Position numbers and translations under genes: made by a program | The notes under the pieces: generated by a model | What the model saw: the letters and a program-made list of their open reading frames with translations, nothing else | Database searches by the model: none | What the model was told of the DNA's origin: nothing | Shown: piece by piece, positions 1 to 10,045 of the stretch | How positions within the stretch are numbered: position 1 is the first letter of the stretch | Layout of the letters: every line of letters begins with the position of its first letter | From: Candidatus Obscuribacterales bacterium | GTDB taxonomy: Bacteria; Cyanobacteriota; Vampirovibrionia; Obscuribacterales; Obscuribacteraceae | DNA length: 64,000 nt | Reading direction: 5' to 3' | Assembly (NCBI GenBank): GCA_965228855.1 | Contig: CBDDIJ010000002.1 | Coordinates: 448,001-512,000 of the forward strand

Positions 1-478
1 GCAGGCAACACGGTCTCGACCGCCGATCGCGAGCGTTCCTAATTTGTTGGCACACCATGGACAGCTTTTCAAAGAGACTCCGCGAAAAAACAGGTGATAA
101 TTGCGATTTTACCAGGGATTTAGCGGTTCACACTGCCTGCCTCGCCCCTCGGCACAGGCGGAACGTTTCAAAGAAAAACAAATATTTCGCTAAATTTGTT
201 AGCGCCCGAAAAGGTCGACTTAACGCCCATCCAGACGAATCTGTCCGGTGTCGATCATCCGAAAAGTCCGATAACGACCATATATACTATTGCATCCTGA
301 TACCACACTGTTAATATGTGCGTCACAGGCGCTGGCATATTTCTCAAGCGAAATGAATGAGCTGTATGCAAGCCGGGAATAAGACAACAAGCAGAACTCG
401 CAGAAATACCGTTGGCGGACCGTAAAGTCTCCGCGGCAGCTTTTAATCCTCGATAAGAGGCTAGTAGGAGTCCAGAGT

Positions 479-664
479 ATGAATACGGAAACCCTTATTA
501 ACGCGTCCGACAAAGAGATCCAACCGGTCAAGTCCATCGATATCAAAGCTCCAAACTCGAAAGACGCCGAGAGAGCAAAATGTGGAAATGGCGTATGCGA
601 AGTGGCATGGAAGCCGTTCGCACAACCTGGTACTCCGCGCGACGTGCGCCAGGCTGGCGCTTAG
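479..664 (+). CDS. small hypothetical protein (61 aa, CGNGVC motif)
   Basis: ORF with AGGAG upstream of ATG; no recognisable family. Confidence 0.45.
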   Translation: MNTETLINASDKEIQPVKSIDIKAPNSKDAERAKCGNGVCEVAWKPFAQPGTPRDVRQAGA

Positions 665-1050
665 TCCCAGCACTTACCTCAATTTTTAACGGAACTTCAT
701 CGGTTCTGGATTTGTATGATTTCAAGTGCAGCCAGTGGTGATCGCACTTGTTTTAAGCCACCCTTTTGGACTGAAACAGAATTCGCCCGTCGGCGTTGCG
801 ATTCGAGTTGCCAAGCCGGGAATCACCTATTGGCTAGCGCAACTGCGTCGATTTTCAAACAGATCGTTAACCTCCAAAATACCTGCGCGGCATATGCCGA
901 GTTGTCAGGTTTGATTGAAAAGACAGTCTCCGCACGAATAGGCTAAGCGGGTCTTTCTTCTCTTCTTTTCGCGAGCCTTTACCGAGCCAACAAATAGCTG
1001 CAAATGTTTTTCTGCAAATTCGGCAAACTCATTTTGCCGGAGGTAGTCAC

Positions 1051-1743
1051 ATGCGCTTCGATAAGCACATTCGCGCCGCTTCCGCCGTTACGCTCGCAGT
1101 CTTCGCACTCAGCGCTCTGGCAGGCAATTTGTTACTTCGGCTCTTCTTCTCGCTTCTTCAGGGTCCGACGGAAACGGGCTTTGAGAAAGACGTTATCAGC
1201 GCAAACAGTCTGCTTCTCATTTGCGGTCTGTTTGGTTTGATGATCGCAGTTGTCTGTTTTCGCCCAATTCTCGGATGGATTCGAGAGCGTGGGCTGCCCG
1301 GTTTCATTCCTGCACCCGACCCATTCGAGGATAAACACATTCGCGTCGCCCTGGTCGCAAGTCCGGATGGCTCGACGCCCACGGAGGTTTATTCTCAATG
1401 GATTCCGGCGCATCACATTCGCACGCTCATGAAGGGGCCGCTGGGCAAGAAATTGACTCTCGGCAACAAAGCGGGCGAACGGTTGAGCATTCTGCGTTGC
1501 CTCACAGCAGCGGAAGAGGGTGGCGATGAGATTTTCCTGGTCGTGCACCGCAAGGGGCGCCGGGTGAATTACAACATGGAGCTGCCCGCCGGCAAACGAG
1601 GAACGCTCGAAACCGACGATGAACGCAACTACGCCACCTGCTGGTACCCGCTCACGTTCGTGGGTTGCGATGATACCACCCCTGGTGGCTGGCTGAAGTT
1701 TGGAGGCGAGACACGCATCATGCGTCTCGCGTTCCTAGATTGA
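1051..1743 (+). CDS. hypothetical membrane protein (two N-terminal hydrophobic segments)
   Basis: GGAGG RBS; 230-aa ORF followed by a stem-loop at 1753-1794. Confidence 0.7.
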   Translation: MRFDKHIRAASAVTLAVFALSALAGNLLLRLFFSLLQGPTETGFEKDVISANSLLLICGLFGLMIAVVCFRPILGWIRERGLPGFIPAPDPFEDKHIRVALVASPDGSTPTEVYSQWIPAHHIRTLMKGPLGKKLTLGNKAGERLSILRCLTAAEEGGDEIFLVVHRKGRRVNYNMELPAGKRGTLETDDERNYATCWYPLTFVGCDDTTPGGWLKFGGETRIMRLAFLD

Positions 1744-1797
1744 GGCCGGTCCGGCGCCAAGCGAAACTGCAATGCCAGTTCTTCGCTTGTCGCCCTC

Positions 1798-2072
1798 CCA
1801 GATTTTTCTACTATACAAGCTAGTCTATGTTATTAGCGCCAGTCTTCTTTTCGGGCACTTCCAAATTTGCCTACTATAGAAGCCAGTCTGAACTATTAGC
1901 GCCAGTCTTCGTTTCGGTCACTTTAGAGTCTCAAGCTTACGCGCTGTCTATCCCTCGTTGACGGATCAGATCTTCCTACTATACAAGCTAGTTTAAATTA
2001 TTGGCGCCAGTCTTCGTTTCTGTCACTTTTAGAGTCTCAAGCTTACGCGCTGTCTATCCCTCGTTGACGGAT
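1798..2072 (+). repeat. three imperfect tandem copies beginning at a CTACTATA box (locus 1, left arm)
   Basis: Units start at ~1798, 1861 and 1966, with boxes at 1808, 1871 and 1976. All share (A/G)GCGCCAGTCTTC; copies 2 and 3 also share TAGAGTCTCAAGCTTACGCGCTGTCTATCCCTCGTTGACGGAT. Confidence 0.95.
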
Positions 2073-2102
2073 ATTCAAAAAAGCGGCAATGAGGGATAGA
2101 CA
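2051..2102. promoter_or_regulatory. 52-bp dyad element, locus 1
   Basis: TGTCTAT-CCCTCGT-TGACG-GATATTCAAAAAAG-CGGCA-ATGAGGG-ATAGACA; flanking boxes at 1976 (+) and 2194-2201 (TTTAGTAG, -). Confidence 0.85.
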
Positions 2103-2425
2103 GGCGAGCTGATATGCAGCCTCCGAGCTATAGGCAAATCCCCGAACTCCTGCTCGGTAGGGGAACCTCAGCTTAACCGTTAATACTATGCTCTTTAGTA
2201 GGCAAAGTGGCGGGTTTAAAAAGTTCAGCATAGGCCCCGACTTACATCAGGAGCGGTTTTAATCCGCCGCTGAGTGTAAGTCGGGGGCTGCTGAGGCAAC
2301 AGCGCAATGCGTATTTCGCGGGCATGGCGCGCGAGATCGTTTCCTGCTGCCAATCCTCAGTAAGAGCACTTTAGTGCCTCGTGCGGGCGCGATTTCCAGC
2401 CGGAAATCGATTGCGACTGAAGTCC

Positions 2426-2977
2426 TTAGCCCAGCATGACCGCAACTGCGGCATTGCGCCAGGGGGAGCCGAACTCGAATGCGTTTTCCGGCTGATGCGC
2501 GACGTCACCATCCTGACGGAACCACAGGCTGTTGCGGCTTTCGCGGCGGAACTGCAGCTGTTTTCCGTTGAGAAGGCGAACGTGACGCTCGCGCTCCGTA
2601 CGGTCGCGGGTGAAGTGCGACTCGACGACGATGCCGATCGGGAAGAAGATTCGCTCGCGCACGACGAAACTGCCGTCGAGGAATCGGATGGAGATCGAGC
2701 CGGCGACGTTCTCCTTCGAGCCCGAGGGCACGACTTCGATGGTCGCACAGAAAGTCTGTCCGTCCTCGGACGTCCAGACGTTGGTGTCGGCTTCGCGGCT
2801 GTAGGTGACGCCATCGGTGTCGACGAAGCGGTTCGGGATGCCGTTGTCGTCGTATCCGATTTGGCGCGCTTTGCCGTCAGCATAGCGAACTTCGCCGATG
2901 AGACCGTTGAGGCGGCAGGTGCCAGCCGGCAGAACGGTCAATTGAAACTCGTTAGAGTATCCTCTGTTCTTAGACAT
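2426..2977 (-). CDS. hypothetical protein (beta-rich)
   Basis: ATG at 2977 preceded by GAGG; GC-biased codons; stem-loop downstream at 2234-2288. Confidence 0.65.
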   Translation of the reverse strand: MSKNRGYSNEFQLTVLPAGTCRLNGLIGEVRYADGKARQIGYDDNGIPNRFVDTDGVTYSREADTNVWTSEDGQTFCATIEVVPSGSKENVAGSISIRFLDGSFVVRERIFFPIGIVVESHFTRDRTERERHVRLLNGKQLQFRRESRNSLWFRQDGDVAHQPENAFEFGSPWRNAAVAVMLG

Positions 2978-3618
2978 ATTAGTCCTCGCTTTGTTCAGGT
3001 GAATAGGCCGAAGATTGACACCGCAGGTTACGCGGTCACGAAACCTGGGCATCTTTGGTTACCCCGGAAAGTGTCGTCAGAGGTGTCCAGAAGCTCCGTG
3101 AGCTCGTACGACACCTGAGTGAACCAGAACCTCCAATCTACGAACGCGCCGACCAATCCAGAAGCTGATACAGCCCGTGGAGAGATTGGTTTTGTTGCGG
3201 TGCAGATAGGGGTTCGAGTGCGGAAGAGACCTGGAGAGGTTTGAGATGAGAAGCACTCACAACTTATGAACCGGGCGGGCTGCTGAACAATCTTTCTTAC
3301 ACTGCATAAACGCAGTGTGTACGCTGATTAAGCGCATGCGCTAGCGTTTCAGGTATTTTTAACAGTTCCGAAAACAGTTGTAGATGCTGCTATAGACGCC
3401 TTTTTTAAGCATTTCTTCCAAACCGTGATCGATTGACGTTTCAGGCAGTTGCGCCTGAAATCGTTGATGGTGAGCGCTTTTAGCAACCTGTGCTGAAACT
3501 AATACAAATTGCCCTGGCCGGAGTTCGCTCTGCAAACGCAAAAATATCCAAAGCAAATATTTTAGACCACTCTCGCGCTAATTAACACGAGCTCGCGAAG
3601 CTATCAGATCCAACATCC

Positions 3619-3647
3619 TTGACAACGGCGTAAAGAAAGCTTAGTAA
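3619..3647 (+). promoter_or_regulatory. possible sigma70-type promoter for the 3997 gene
   Basis: TTGACA-N17-TAGTAA; the -10 match is weak. Confidence 0.35.
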
Positions 3648-3996
3648 CCCTGGTTCTTGGAGCTAAACATCGCTAGGTTCTGAGTATCAGTTTTCTGTTT
3701 CAGCTTTAAGAACTTCGCTCCGTAAACCGTCCCCTCAACTCCATCTCAAACCACCGCACGTGAAGTTCAGCTTCGCGGCAGTACACGGGATGAGTTGGGA
3801 CTTGTCGTGACGGTACGCGTGTCGTGGATCTGACGAGCTGCATCAGAACTGTCGTGGAAACGGGCTCCGAATCGAACCGTGTTGTGCGGTCACGAGCGGT
3901 CCCAAGCGTGAGTCGGATTGACCATCCGGCTTTTGTCCATTCACAGGTCGAGCTGAACCAATCTCACAGCTCACTACGAGAGGAAACTCTACTTTT

Positions 3997-6060
3997 ATGA
4001 ACATCACATCCGCTGATTCGGGCAAGCCTGCCAGCTTGCCAACCCGCATCATCTCGGCTGTCGTCGGTGGTGGACTCGCCTACATGGCGGCGTCTTACTT
4101 CGCGGCCCTGCCGATCGCCCTCGTCGTCGCGGCTCTGGTCGCTGCGGTCGGGCTCGTCTCGCCCAAGTGGCTCCTCTTCCCGGTCGCCGGTGTCGTCGTG
4201 CCGGCTTACCGGCTCGGCAAGTACCTCTCCGGCAAGGCCTACCACGGCATCTTCCCGGGAATCTTCAACGCTCTCGCCGGACTGGCGTCCTCCGTCGCCG
4301 CAGCGATGGCAACGGCCACCTACGTCGGCTGGGCGAACGGCTTGTCCGTCCTCGTCTGGTTTCCGGCGTGCTGCATCGCATTCGTGGCCACGCTGTTCAT
4401 CATCGAACCCGCGGTCTACCTGGTCATCCTGAAGCCCGCCTGCGACCTTCTCGAGGCGATCTGGGACTGGACCCGCGACGTGCTGAAGAAGTACGCCAAG
4501 CCCTTCTTCGCCGGCATCGTCAACGCCACCAAGCTCCTGCCCGGCTCCAGCCAGCTCTGGGCCTGGGTCGAGAACAAGGAGAAGGGTGCGCAGTGGGTCG
4601 ACGGTTTCATGGGCTTCGTCACGGTCATCGGCTCGCTGGGCCTGACCGCCACCGTCGCCTACGCCGTCTTCAACCTCGTCGCCCCGTTCACCGCGCTCCT
4701 CGGCGTCTCATGGCTCGTGACCGGTTCCACCTGGTTCGTCGCAGGTGTCGCCGCCATCGCCGTCATCGGTGTGCTGTACCAGCTGATCGACAAGGGTGAA
4801 CTGCCGTTCGTCGCCACCGCGCTTTCGGGCGCCGGTGTGTACGCCATCCAGCCCGTCGTCGCCTCGCTCGGCTTCGGTCTGATCGGCAACATCGCCATCA
4901 GCGCTGCCGCCTTCGTCCTGTCAGTCGCCTACGTCTACCCGGCGGTGCACGGTCTGCTCAAGACCGGTCTCATCAAGGCGATTCTCGACGGCGTGAAGAA
5001 GCTGGTGGAGAAGACCTACGACGAGCAGGACAAGGACTTCCGCAAGTTCTTCGCGCACGTCGTCACTCCGGTGGTCACCCTGATCGCCGCAGGCGTCGTC
5101 TTCTGGGCGCTGTCGTTCTACTCGCTGCCGTTCGCGCTCGTCGCTCTCTTCGCGGCGGTCACGGCGGTCACTACCTACGTCGGCGTCGGCGAAGCCTTCG
5201 ACGACTTCCCGACCACGATCGCCACGAGCGTCGTGCTCTCCCTCGCGGCCGGGTTCGGTGGCTGGTACTTCTTCGCCGAAACCAGCCCGTACATCCTGTG
5301 GCCGTCCCTGGTCGCCCTGGTCGCCGCCACGTTCGCGGTGATTCTGCCGATCATCTACCTCGGCTTCCGCGCCGTGACGTTCCCGATCGCCAAGCCTGTC
5401 GGCGCCTCGCTTGCCGCCCTCAACAAGAAGGCGTACAACGCGGTTCGCGACCTGACCAAGTGGTGGGACAAGAACGTCATCGAGAAGACCTACGAGGACC
5501 GCAGCGACTACAAGGGCTCGTTCCTGCACATCTTCAACGCCGGCGTTCTCGCCCTCGGCATCTGGACCGCTCTGCCCCTCACGGCGGGCTGGCTGGGTCT
5601 GCCGGGCTGGGCGATCATCGCGGGTCTCGTGGCTTCCGGCTACATCGTGTACATGGTGCTGGGCCGCGTGCTGCTGTCGGTTGGCGTGGGAGCGGTCGGC
5701 GTCGCCGCTGCTGTCGCGTCCTTCGCCGGCATCACCTGGGAGCTCTATCAGGTCGACCCGTCCAAGTGGTGGCTCGCTGCGCTCGTCGCCGCGACCTTCA
5801 CGAGCGCCATCGGTGTGGTTGTCGTCCCGGTTCTGCTGCTGGGCGTCAAAACCATCGGCGGCTGGCTCATCACCCCGGTCGGTAAGGGCTTCGGCGCTGT
5901 CTACGACTTCGCCTGGGCTCGGTTCGAGGTGATCTGGGACGCCTTCGTCTGGGTGTGCAAGTTCGTCAACAACTGGCTGTTCATGCCGATCATCCGGCTG
6001 CTCGGTGGCATCATCAACGCCATCGTCGACGCCTGGAACAGCATGTTCGGTCGCAAGTAA
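3997..6060 (+). CDS. large polytopic membrane protein with internal repeats
   Basis: 687 aa, many hydrophobic helices, very strong GC3 bias; repeated KTY(D/E)..D....F.H motif. Confidence 0.85.
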   Translation: MNITSADSGKPASLPTRIISAVVGGGLAYMAASYFAALPIALVVAALVAAVGLVSPKWLLFPVAGVVVPAYRLGKYLSGKAYHGIFPGIFNALAGLASSVAAAMATATYVGWANGLSVLVWFPACCIAFVATLFIIEPAVYLVILKPACDLLEAIWDWTRDVLKKYAKPFFAGIVNATKLLPGSSQLWAWVENKEKGAQWVDGFMGFVTVIGSLGLTATVAYAVFNLVAPFTALLGVSWLVTGSTWFVAGVAAIAVIGVLYQLIDKGELPFVATALSGAGVYAIQPVVASLGFGLIGNIAISAAAFVLSVAYVYPAVHGLLKTGLIKAILDGVKKLVEKTYDEQDKDFRKFFAHVVTPVVTLIAAGVVFWALSFYSLPFALVALFAAVTAVTTYVGVGEAFDDFPTTIATSVVLSLAAGFGGWYFFAETSPYILWPSLVALVAATFAVILPIIYLGFRAVTFPIAKPVGASLAALNKKAYNAVRDLTKWWDKNVIEKTYEDRSDYKGSFLHIFNAGVLALGIWTALPLTAGWLGLPGWAIIAGLVASGYIVYMVLGRVLLSVGVGAVGVAAAVASFAGITWELYQVDPSKWWLAALVAATFTSAIGVVVVPVLLLGVKTIGGWLITPVGKGFGAVYDFAWARFEVIWDAFVWVCKFVNNWLFMPIIRLLGGIINAIVDAWNSMFGRK

Positions 6061-6161
6061 ACGCGAAAACGCCGAGCGCTCGCAAGAGTAGCTAGCTAAA
6101 CCGCGTGCGAAGGCGGGCAGGCATCGGGATTCGTCCCGATGTCCTGCTCTCCCTTCGTCTC

Positions 6162-6283
6162 CCAACTCTCCCTACTATATGCCGACATAATCCGTAATTC
6201 CCCGACACGATTTTGATAGGCGCCAAATCTTTCTACTATACGCCGACATAATCCGTAATTCCCGACAAGCCTTCGGATAGGCG
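6162..6283 (+). repeat. two tandem ~61-bp copies beginning at a CTACTATA box (locus 2, left arm)
   Basis: CTACTATA(T/C)GCCGACATAATCCGTAATTCCC at 6172 and 6233; follows a stem-loop at 6117-6147. Confidence 0.95.
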
Positions 6284-6318
6284 TTCTTCGGCGTACCGGC
6301 TTCAAGCCAACCACCCTT

Positions 6319-6370
6319 TGGCAATGGTGCGTAGACGATTTTCGCGAATTCCGTCATAGCCAGATAGACA
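6319..6370. promoter_or_regulatory. 52-bp dyad element, locus 2a (left outer box degenerate)
   Basis: TGGCAAT-GGTGCGT-AGACG-ATTTTCGCGAATTC-CGTCA-TAGCCAG-ATAGACA. Confidence 0.8.
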
Positions 6371-6488
6371 GCGGCGACTTTTTACGCCCCTGCCAGGGTT
6401 GCAGAATCATCCCAACCCCGGGTCAGCTCAACGTTTTGAGCCGGAACAGGCTTATCATACTGTATAGTAGTAAGATTTGGTCGCCTTT

Positions 6489-6540
6489 TGGCAATGGTAC
6501 GTAGACGATTTTTGCCAAATGCGTCGTAGCCAGATAGACA
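6489..6540. promoter_or_regulatory. 52-bp dyad element, locus 2b (duplicate of 2a)
   Basis: TGGCAAT-GGTACGT-AGACG-ATTTTTGCCAAATG-CGTCG-TAGCCAG-ATAGACA. Confidence 0.8.
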
Positions 6541-6772
6541 GCGGCGACTCTTTGCAGCCCTGCACGGGTTGTGGAATCGCCACAATTCCCGGTCATCTCG
6601 ACGTTTTCAGCCCGAAGATAGCTACCAAGCCGTATAGTAGTAAGATTTGGTCAGAATCATCCCAACCCCGGGCCAGCTCAACGTTTTAAGCCGGAACACG
6701 CTTATCATGCCGTATAGTAGCAAAAGTTTTGGGAGAACCGGGCGCGAGAGAGTGCGCGCCCGGTTCGGAAAA

Positions 6773-7654
6773 CTAGTCGATGTCGATCACGATGGCGGTG
6801 GCGTTGTCCTTGGTGGCGTCCGCCAGAGCGTTGTCGATGAGCGCCTGCACGCGTTCTTCGACTGTGCCCTCACCACCGAGGATGGCTGCGATCTTGCTGA
6901 GCTCGCTGTAGTCAGTGAGCCCATCGGAGCAGATCAGATAGCGATCGCCCGGCTCGATCTCGATCGTCTTCTCTTCCCATTCCGGCAGCTTGTGCTCGCC
7001 GTTGACGCACTTGTGCAGCACGTTGCGGTACGGACTGGTGGCGATTTCCGCCTCGCTGAGCTTGCCTGCCTTCCACAGGAAGACAGCCACCGAGTGGTCT
7101 TCGGTCAACTGCTCGAGCACTCCGGCGCGCAGTCGGAAGAGCGGCGAATCGCCGGACCAGCCGACGTGCAGTTGGTTCGGGGCGACACGGCGAACCGCGG
7201 TAACTGTCGTGCCGAAGCGCTTGCGGCGCGGGTCCTCGGCAACCAAATCGCGCATGCGCAGGTTCGCGAGCGTGACGGCCGCCTCGAACCAGTTTGGTTG
7301 CTCGAGATCCGTGTCCTGGAATGCGCCGATCGCAGCAGCAGAAGCCTCCTCGCCGCACGCCATGCCGCCCATGCCGTCGGCAACGATGTAGGCGTCCCCC
7401 TTGAGCAAGAAGGCGTCCTCGTTGTTCTCGCGCCCGCCGATGTGTGTGCCACCAGATGCGGTGATCTTCATGCCGGTCCTCTTGAACTTCTCGTTGGATT
7501 TCCGCTTCGCAAGCAGAAATCGGAACACGTATCCGCCGACGACCAGCGCGGCGACAGCCACGAGAATCGCCGAAGCGGATGAGAGAAAACCGTTGGCGAA
7601 CAGCGCCTGAAAAGCGCCGCTGTTTGCCAACAAACAATCGATGTTGCTCGTCAT
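6773..7654 (-). CDS. PP2C/PPM-family Ser/Thr phosphatase with N-terminal membrane anchor
   Basis: Motifs GGRENNED, VADGMGG, GDS, LTEDHS, CSDGL, DNAT. Confidence 0.93.
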   Translation of the reverse strand: MTSNIDCLLANSGAFQALFANGFLSSASAILVAVAALVVGGYVFRFLLAKRKSNEKFKRTGMKITASGGTHIGGRENNEDAFLLKGDAYIVADGMGGMACGEEASAAAIGAFQDTDLEQPNWFEAAVTLANLRMRDLVAEDPRRKRFGTTVTAVRRVAPNQLHVGWSGDSPLFRLRAGVLEQLTEDHSVAVFLWKAGKLSEAEIATSPYRNVLHKCVNGEHKLPEWEEKTIEIEPGDRYLICSDGLTDYSELSKIAAILGGEGTVEERVQALIDNALADATKDNATAIVIDID

Positions 7655-8005
7655 GGTCCGAACCCTTTCGTAAAACTGATTTTGCAGCAGTCGCAGCTGG
7701 GAACACCACGACGTTCCGTTTCCACACCATCGAGAAGCACGAGCAGCTCACCCGCATCAAAGTACAACTCCCACCGCTTGGCGGCTGGGCAGTTCAAACT
7801 TAGTAGCGGATGGGTGAGCGTTCTGGTCGTGAATTCTCGAAAAAATGCAGAAAGAAGATACAATCATGGTTGGCATATGTTCTGTTTCCAAACAAGCTTT
7901 TATGTCTTGGAACAGCTAACTTCTGCCGAAACCGAAATCGTGCTATTCACACATCGCATATTCGTTCATATCAAAACCGTTTGAACGAAACACCGGAAAC
8001 CATAA

Positions 8006-8860
8006 ATGAGTGTCGAACAATCAAATTCAGTCGTGCAAGTCGAGAACGTGCGAAAAGAGTTCGGCGCTTTCACAGCTGTTTCCGACGTGTCATTCTCTGT
8101 GGCACGCGGCGAAATAGTGGGATTGCTGGGCGCAAACGGTGCCGGCAAAACCACTCTCATTCAGATGTTGCTCGGACTACTCAGCCCCACATCCGGTTTG
8201 ATCCGGGTCTTTGGAATGGACCCGGAGAAAGATCGAATCGCTATTTTAAAACGTGCCAACTTTTCATCCGCGTATATCGCTATGCCTTACAACTTGAAGG
8301 TGGTGGAAAACCTTGATGTTTTCGCAGGTTTATATCGCGTTAAAAATCCGAAGAAGAAAATCGACGATCTTTTGGAATTGTTCGGGGTCGCTCATTTGAA
8401 AACGCGCATGACAGGCAGACTTTCCTCAGGGGAATCAACACGCGTGAATTTGTGCAAGGCGTTGTTGAACGATCCGGAAATTTTGTTTCTCGACGAACCA
8501 ACCGCGAGCCTGGACCCAGACATCGCCGATAAGGTGCGAAAACTGTTGACGCAATACAAGCGCGAACACAACACGACAATGATTTACACGTCGCACAATA
8601 TGAAGGACGTAGAGGAGCTCTGCGACAGGATTCTCTTTGTCGCAGGCGGCAAAATAATTGCAGACGGAAGAACCGAAGACGTGCTCACTAAGTTCGAAAA
8701 GAGTTCGCTCGAGGAGCTTTTCATCAAAATAGCGCGCGACGGTGAAATCACCACCACCGGTGGCAATGATGAAGACGAGTCAAGTTCCCAATCGCAAACC
8801 CTGGACAAGGGCAACCTGGCTGCCGTGCGGGATGCAGAGCGAGGCAACACAAATGATTAG
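8006..8860 (+). CDS. ABC transporter ATP-binding protein (DrrA/NodI-like)
   Basis: Walker A GANGAGKT, signature LSSGE, Walker B FLDEPT, H-loop TSH. Confidence 0.95.
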   Translation: MSVEQSNSVVQVENVRKEFGAFTAVSDVSFSVARGEIVGLLGANGAGKTTLIQMLLGLLSPTSGLIRVFGMDPEKDRIAILKRANFSSAYIAMPYNLKVVENLDVFAGLYRVKNPKKKIDDLLELFGVAHLKTRMTGRLSSGESTRVNLCKALLNDPEILFLDEPTASLDPDIADKVRKLLTQYKREHNTTMIYTSHNMKDVEELCDRILFVAGGKIIADGRTEDVLTKFEKSSLEELFIKIARDGEITTTGGNDEDESSSQSQTLDKGNLAAVRDAERGNTND

Positions 8861-9647
8861 CTGGCCGGTTGTCGCCTCTCTGTGCAAAAGATACATCTAT
8901 ATTTATTCGAGAAACAGCTTCCGAATTCTCGACGTCACATTCTGGCCGGTCATGGATCTTCTCGTCTGGGGCTGGGTTTCAAACTACATGCTCTCAAATC
9001 AGAATGGCATTCCTCAGATGGTCACGTTTCTCGTCGGCTCGATCATCCTGTTCAACATTCTCTACCGAGCCCAGCAGGGCATAACGGTTTCCTTCCTCGA
9101 AGACATCTGGTCGAGAAACTTGTTGAACGTGTTCGCCGCCCCCGTACGAGCGTCCGAATTTATCGCCGCAACCTATCTAGTAGGTTTGACTCAGGCGTTA
9201 ATGGTACTGGCGGTAATGGCAGTCGCAGCCGCTTCGATTTACAATTTCAACCTGAGCGCAATCGGTTGGACACTGATTCCGCTGTTTCTAAATCTTCTGG
9301 TCATGGGCTGGTGGCTGGGCATGTTCACCACCGCGCTAATCCTGCGTTTCGGCAATCAGGCTGAGGCTCTGGCGTGGGCGGTCCCTTTTCTAATACAGCC
9401 ACTATCTGCGGTGTTCTATCCGGTTTCAATTCTTCCAAAATTTCTGCAACCAGTCTCGAATTGCATTCCGGCCGCGCATGTCTTCGAAGGGATGCGCGAG
9501 ATTCTGCAAAAGAACCAGTTTCCGCAGGAGCACTTGCTCACAGCGACCGTTCTCAACGCGATTTATATGACGCTATCGGCACTGTTTTTCGCGTTCATGT
9601 TCAAAGAAGCGCGCCGCAAGGGGCTCATCAGCAAGTTAGTTTGCTGA
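8853..9647 (+). CDS. ABC-2 type transporter permease
   Basis: About six TM segments, VFYPVS.LP..LQ motif; start overlaps the ATPase gene end. Confidence 0.9.
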   Translation: MISWPVVASLCKRYIYIYSRNSFRILDVTFWPVMDLLVWGWVSNYMLSNQNGIPQMVTFLVGSIILFNILYRAQQGITVSFLEDIWSRNLLNVFAAPVRASEFIAATYLVGLTQALMVLAVMAVAAASIYNFNLSAIGWTLIPLFLNLLVMGWWLGMFTTALILRFGNQAEALAWAVPFLIQPLSAVFYPVSILPKFLQPVSNCIPAAHVFEGMREILQKNQFPQEHLLTATVLNAIYMTLSALFFAFMFKEARRKGLISKLVC

Positions 9648-9761
9648 AGCGCAAACTGTTTTTCTCAAAAGAAATTGGGCTGTCAAGCGCGAATAGTCGG
9701 CGACGAGGGGTAAGTAAGTCTTACCGGGATAGATTTTTATACTTGAAAGCAGAGGTGCGCA

Positions 9762-9911
9762 ATGGCTAAACTCTCGAAGAATTTTTTGTCTGCATTTAAA
9801 CAGTTCCTGTTGTCTCTGGTTCCATCAGACAGCGACAGTGCATGGGATGACTACCGGAAAGCCAGAGTTATGGCAGCTCAGCCGGTTCCAATTCGGATTC
9901 ATACCAAGTAG
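9762..9911 (+). CDS. small hypothetical protein (49 aa, MAKLSKNF...PIRIHTK)
   Basis: Translated by eye (below the ORF-track cutoff); GAGG RBS upstream. Confidence 0.45.
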   Translation: MAKLSKNFLSAFKQFLLSLVPSDSDSAWDDYRKARVMAAQPVPIRIHTK

Positions 9912-10045
9912 ATCACTTTAGTAGTTCAAAATCAGCATAGGGCTCAATAGCAATGCTAAGCTTAGGTACGCGTGTGCCGGCTCGCCAAGATTGGCGATGA
10001 TTGCAAAGAAACGCTTACTAGCAACTGTTTCGAAAGGAATTATCT

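Larger units (their letters stand above)
6315..6732 (-). repeat. three imperfect tandem copies (80, 170 and >=165 bp) beginning at a CTACTATA box (locus 2, right arm)
   Basis: TATAGTAG at 6463, 6633 and 6713; two read CCAAATCTTACTACTATA on the minus strand; stem-loop at 6735-6766. Confidence 0.95.

Noticed and set aside
1798..6732. Tandem repeats as CRISPR arrays
   Set aside because: Unit lengths vary, intervening sequence is duplicated rather than unique spacers, and no cas genes are present
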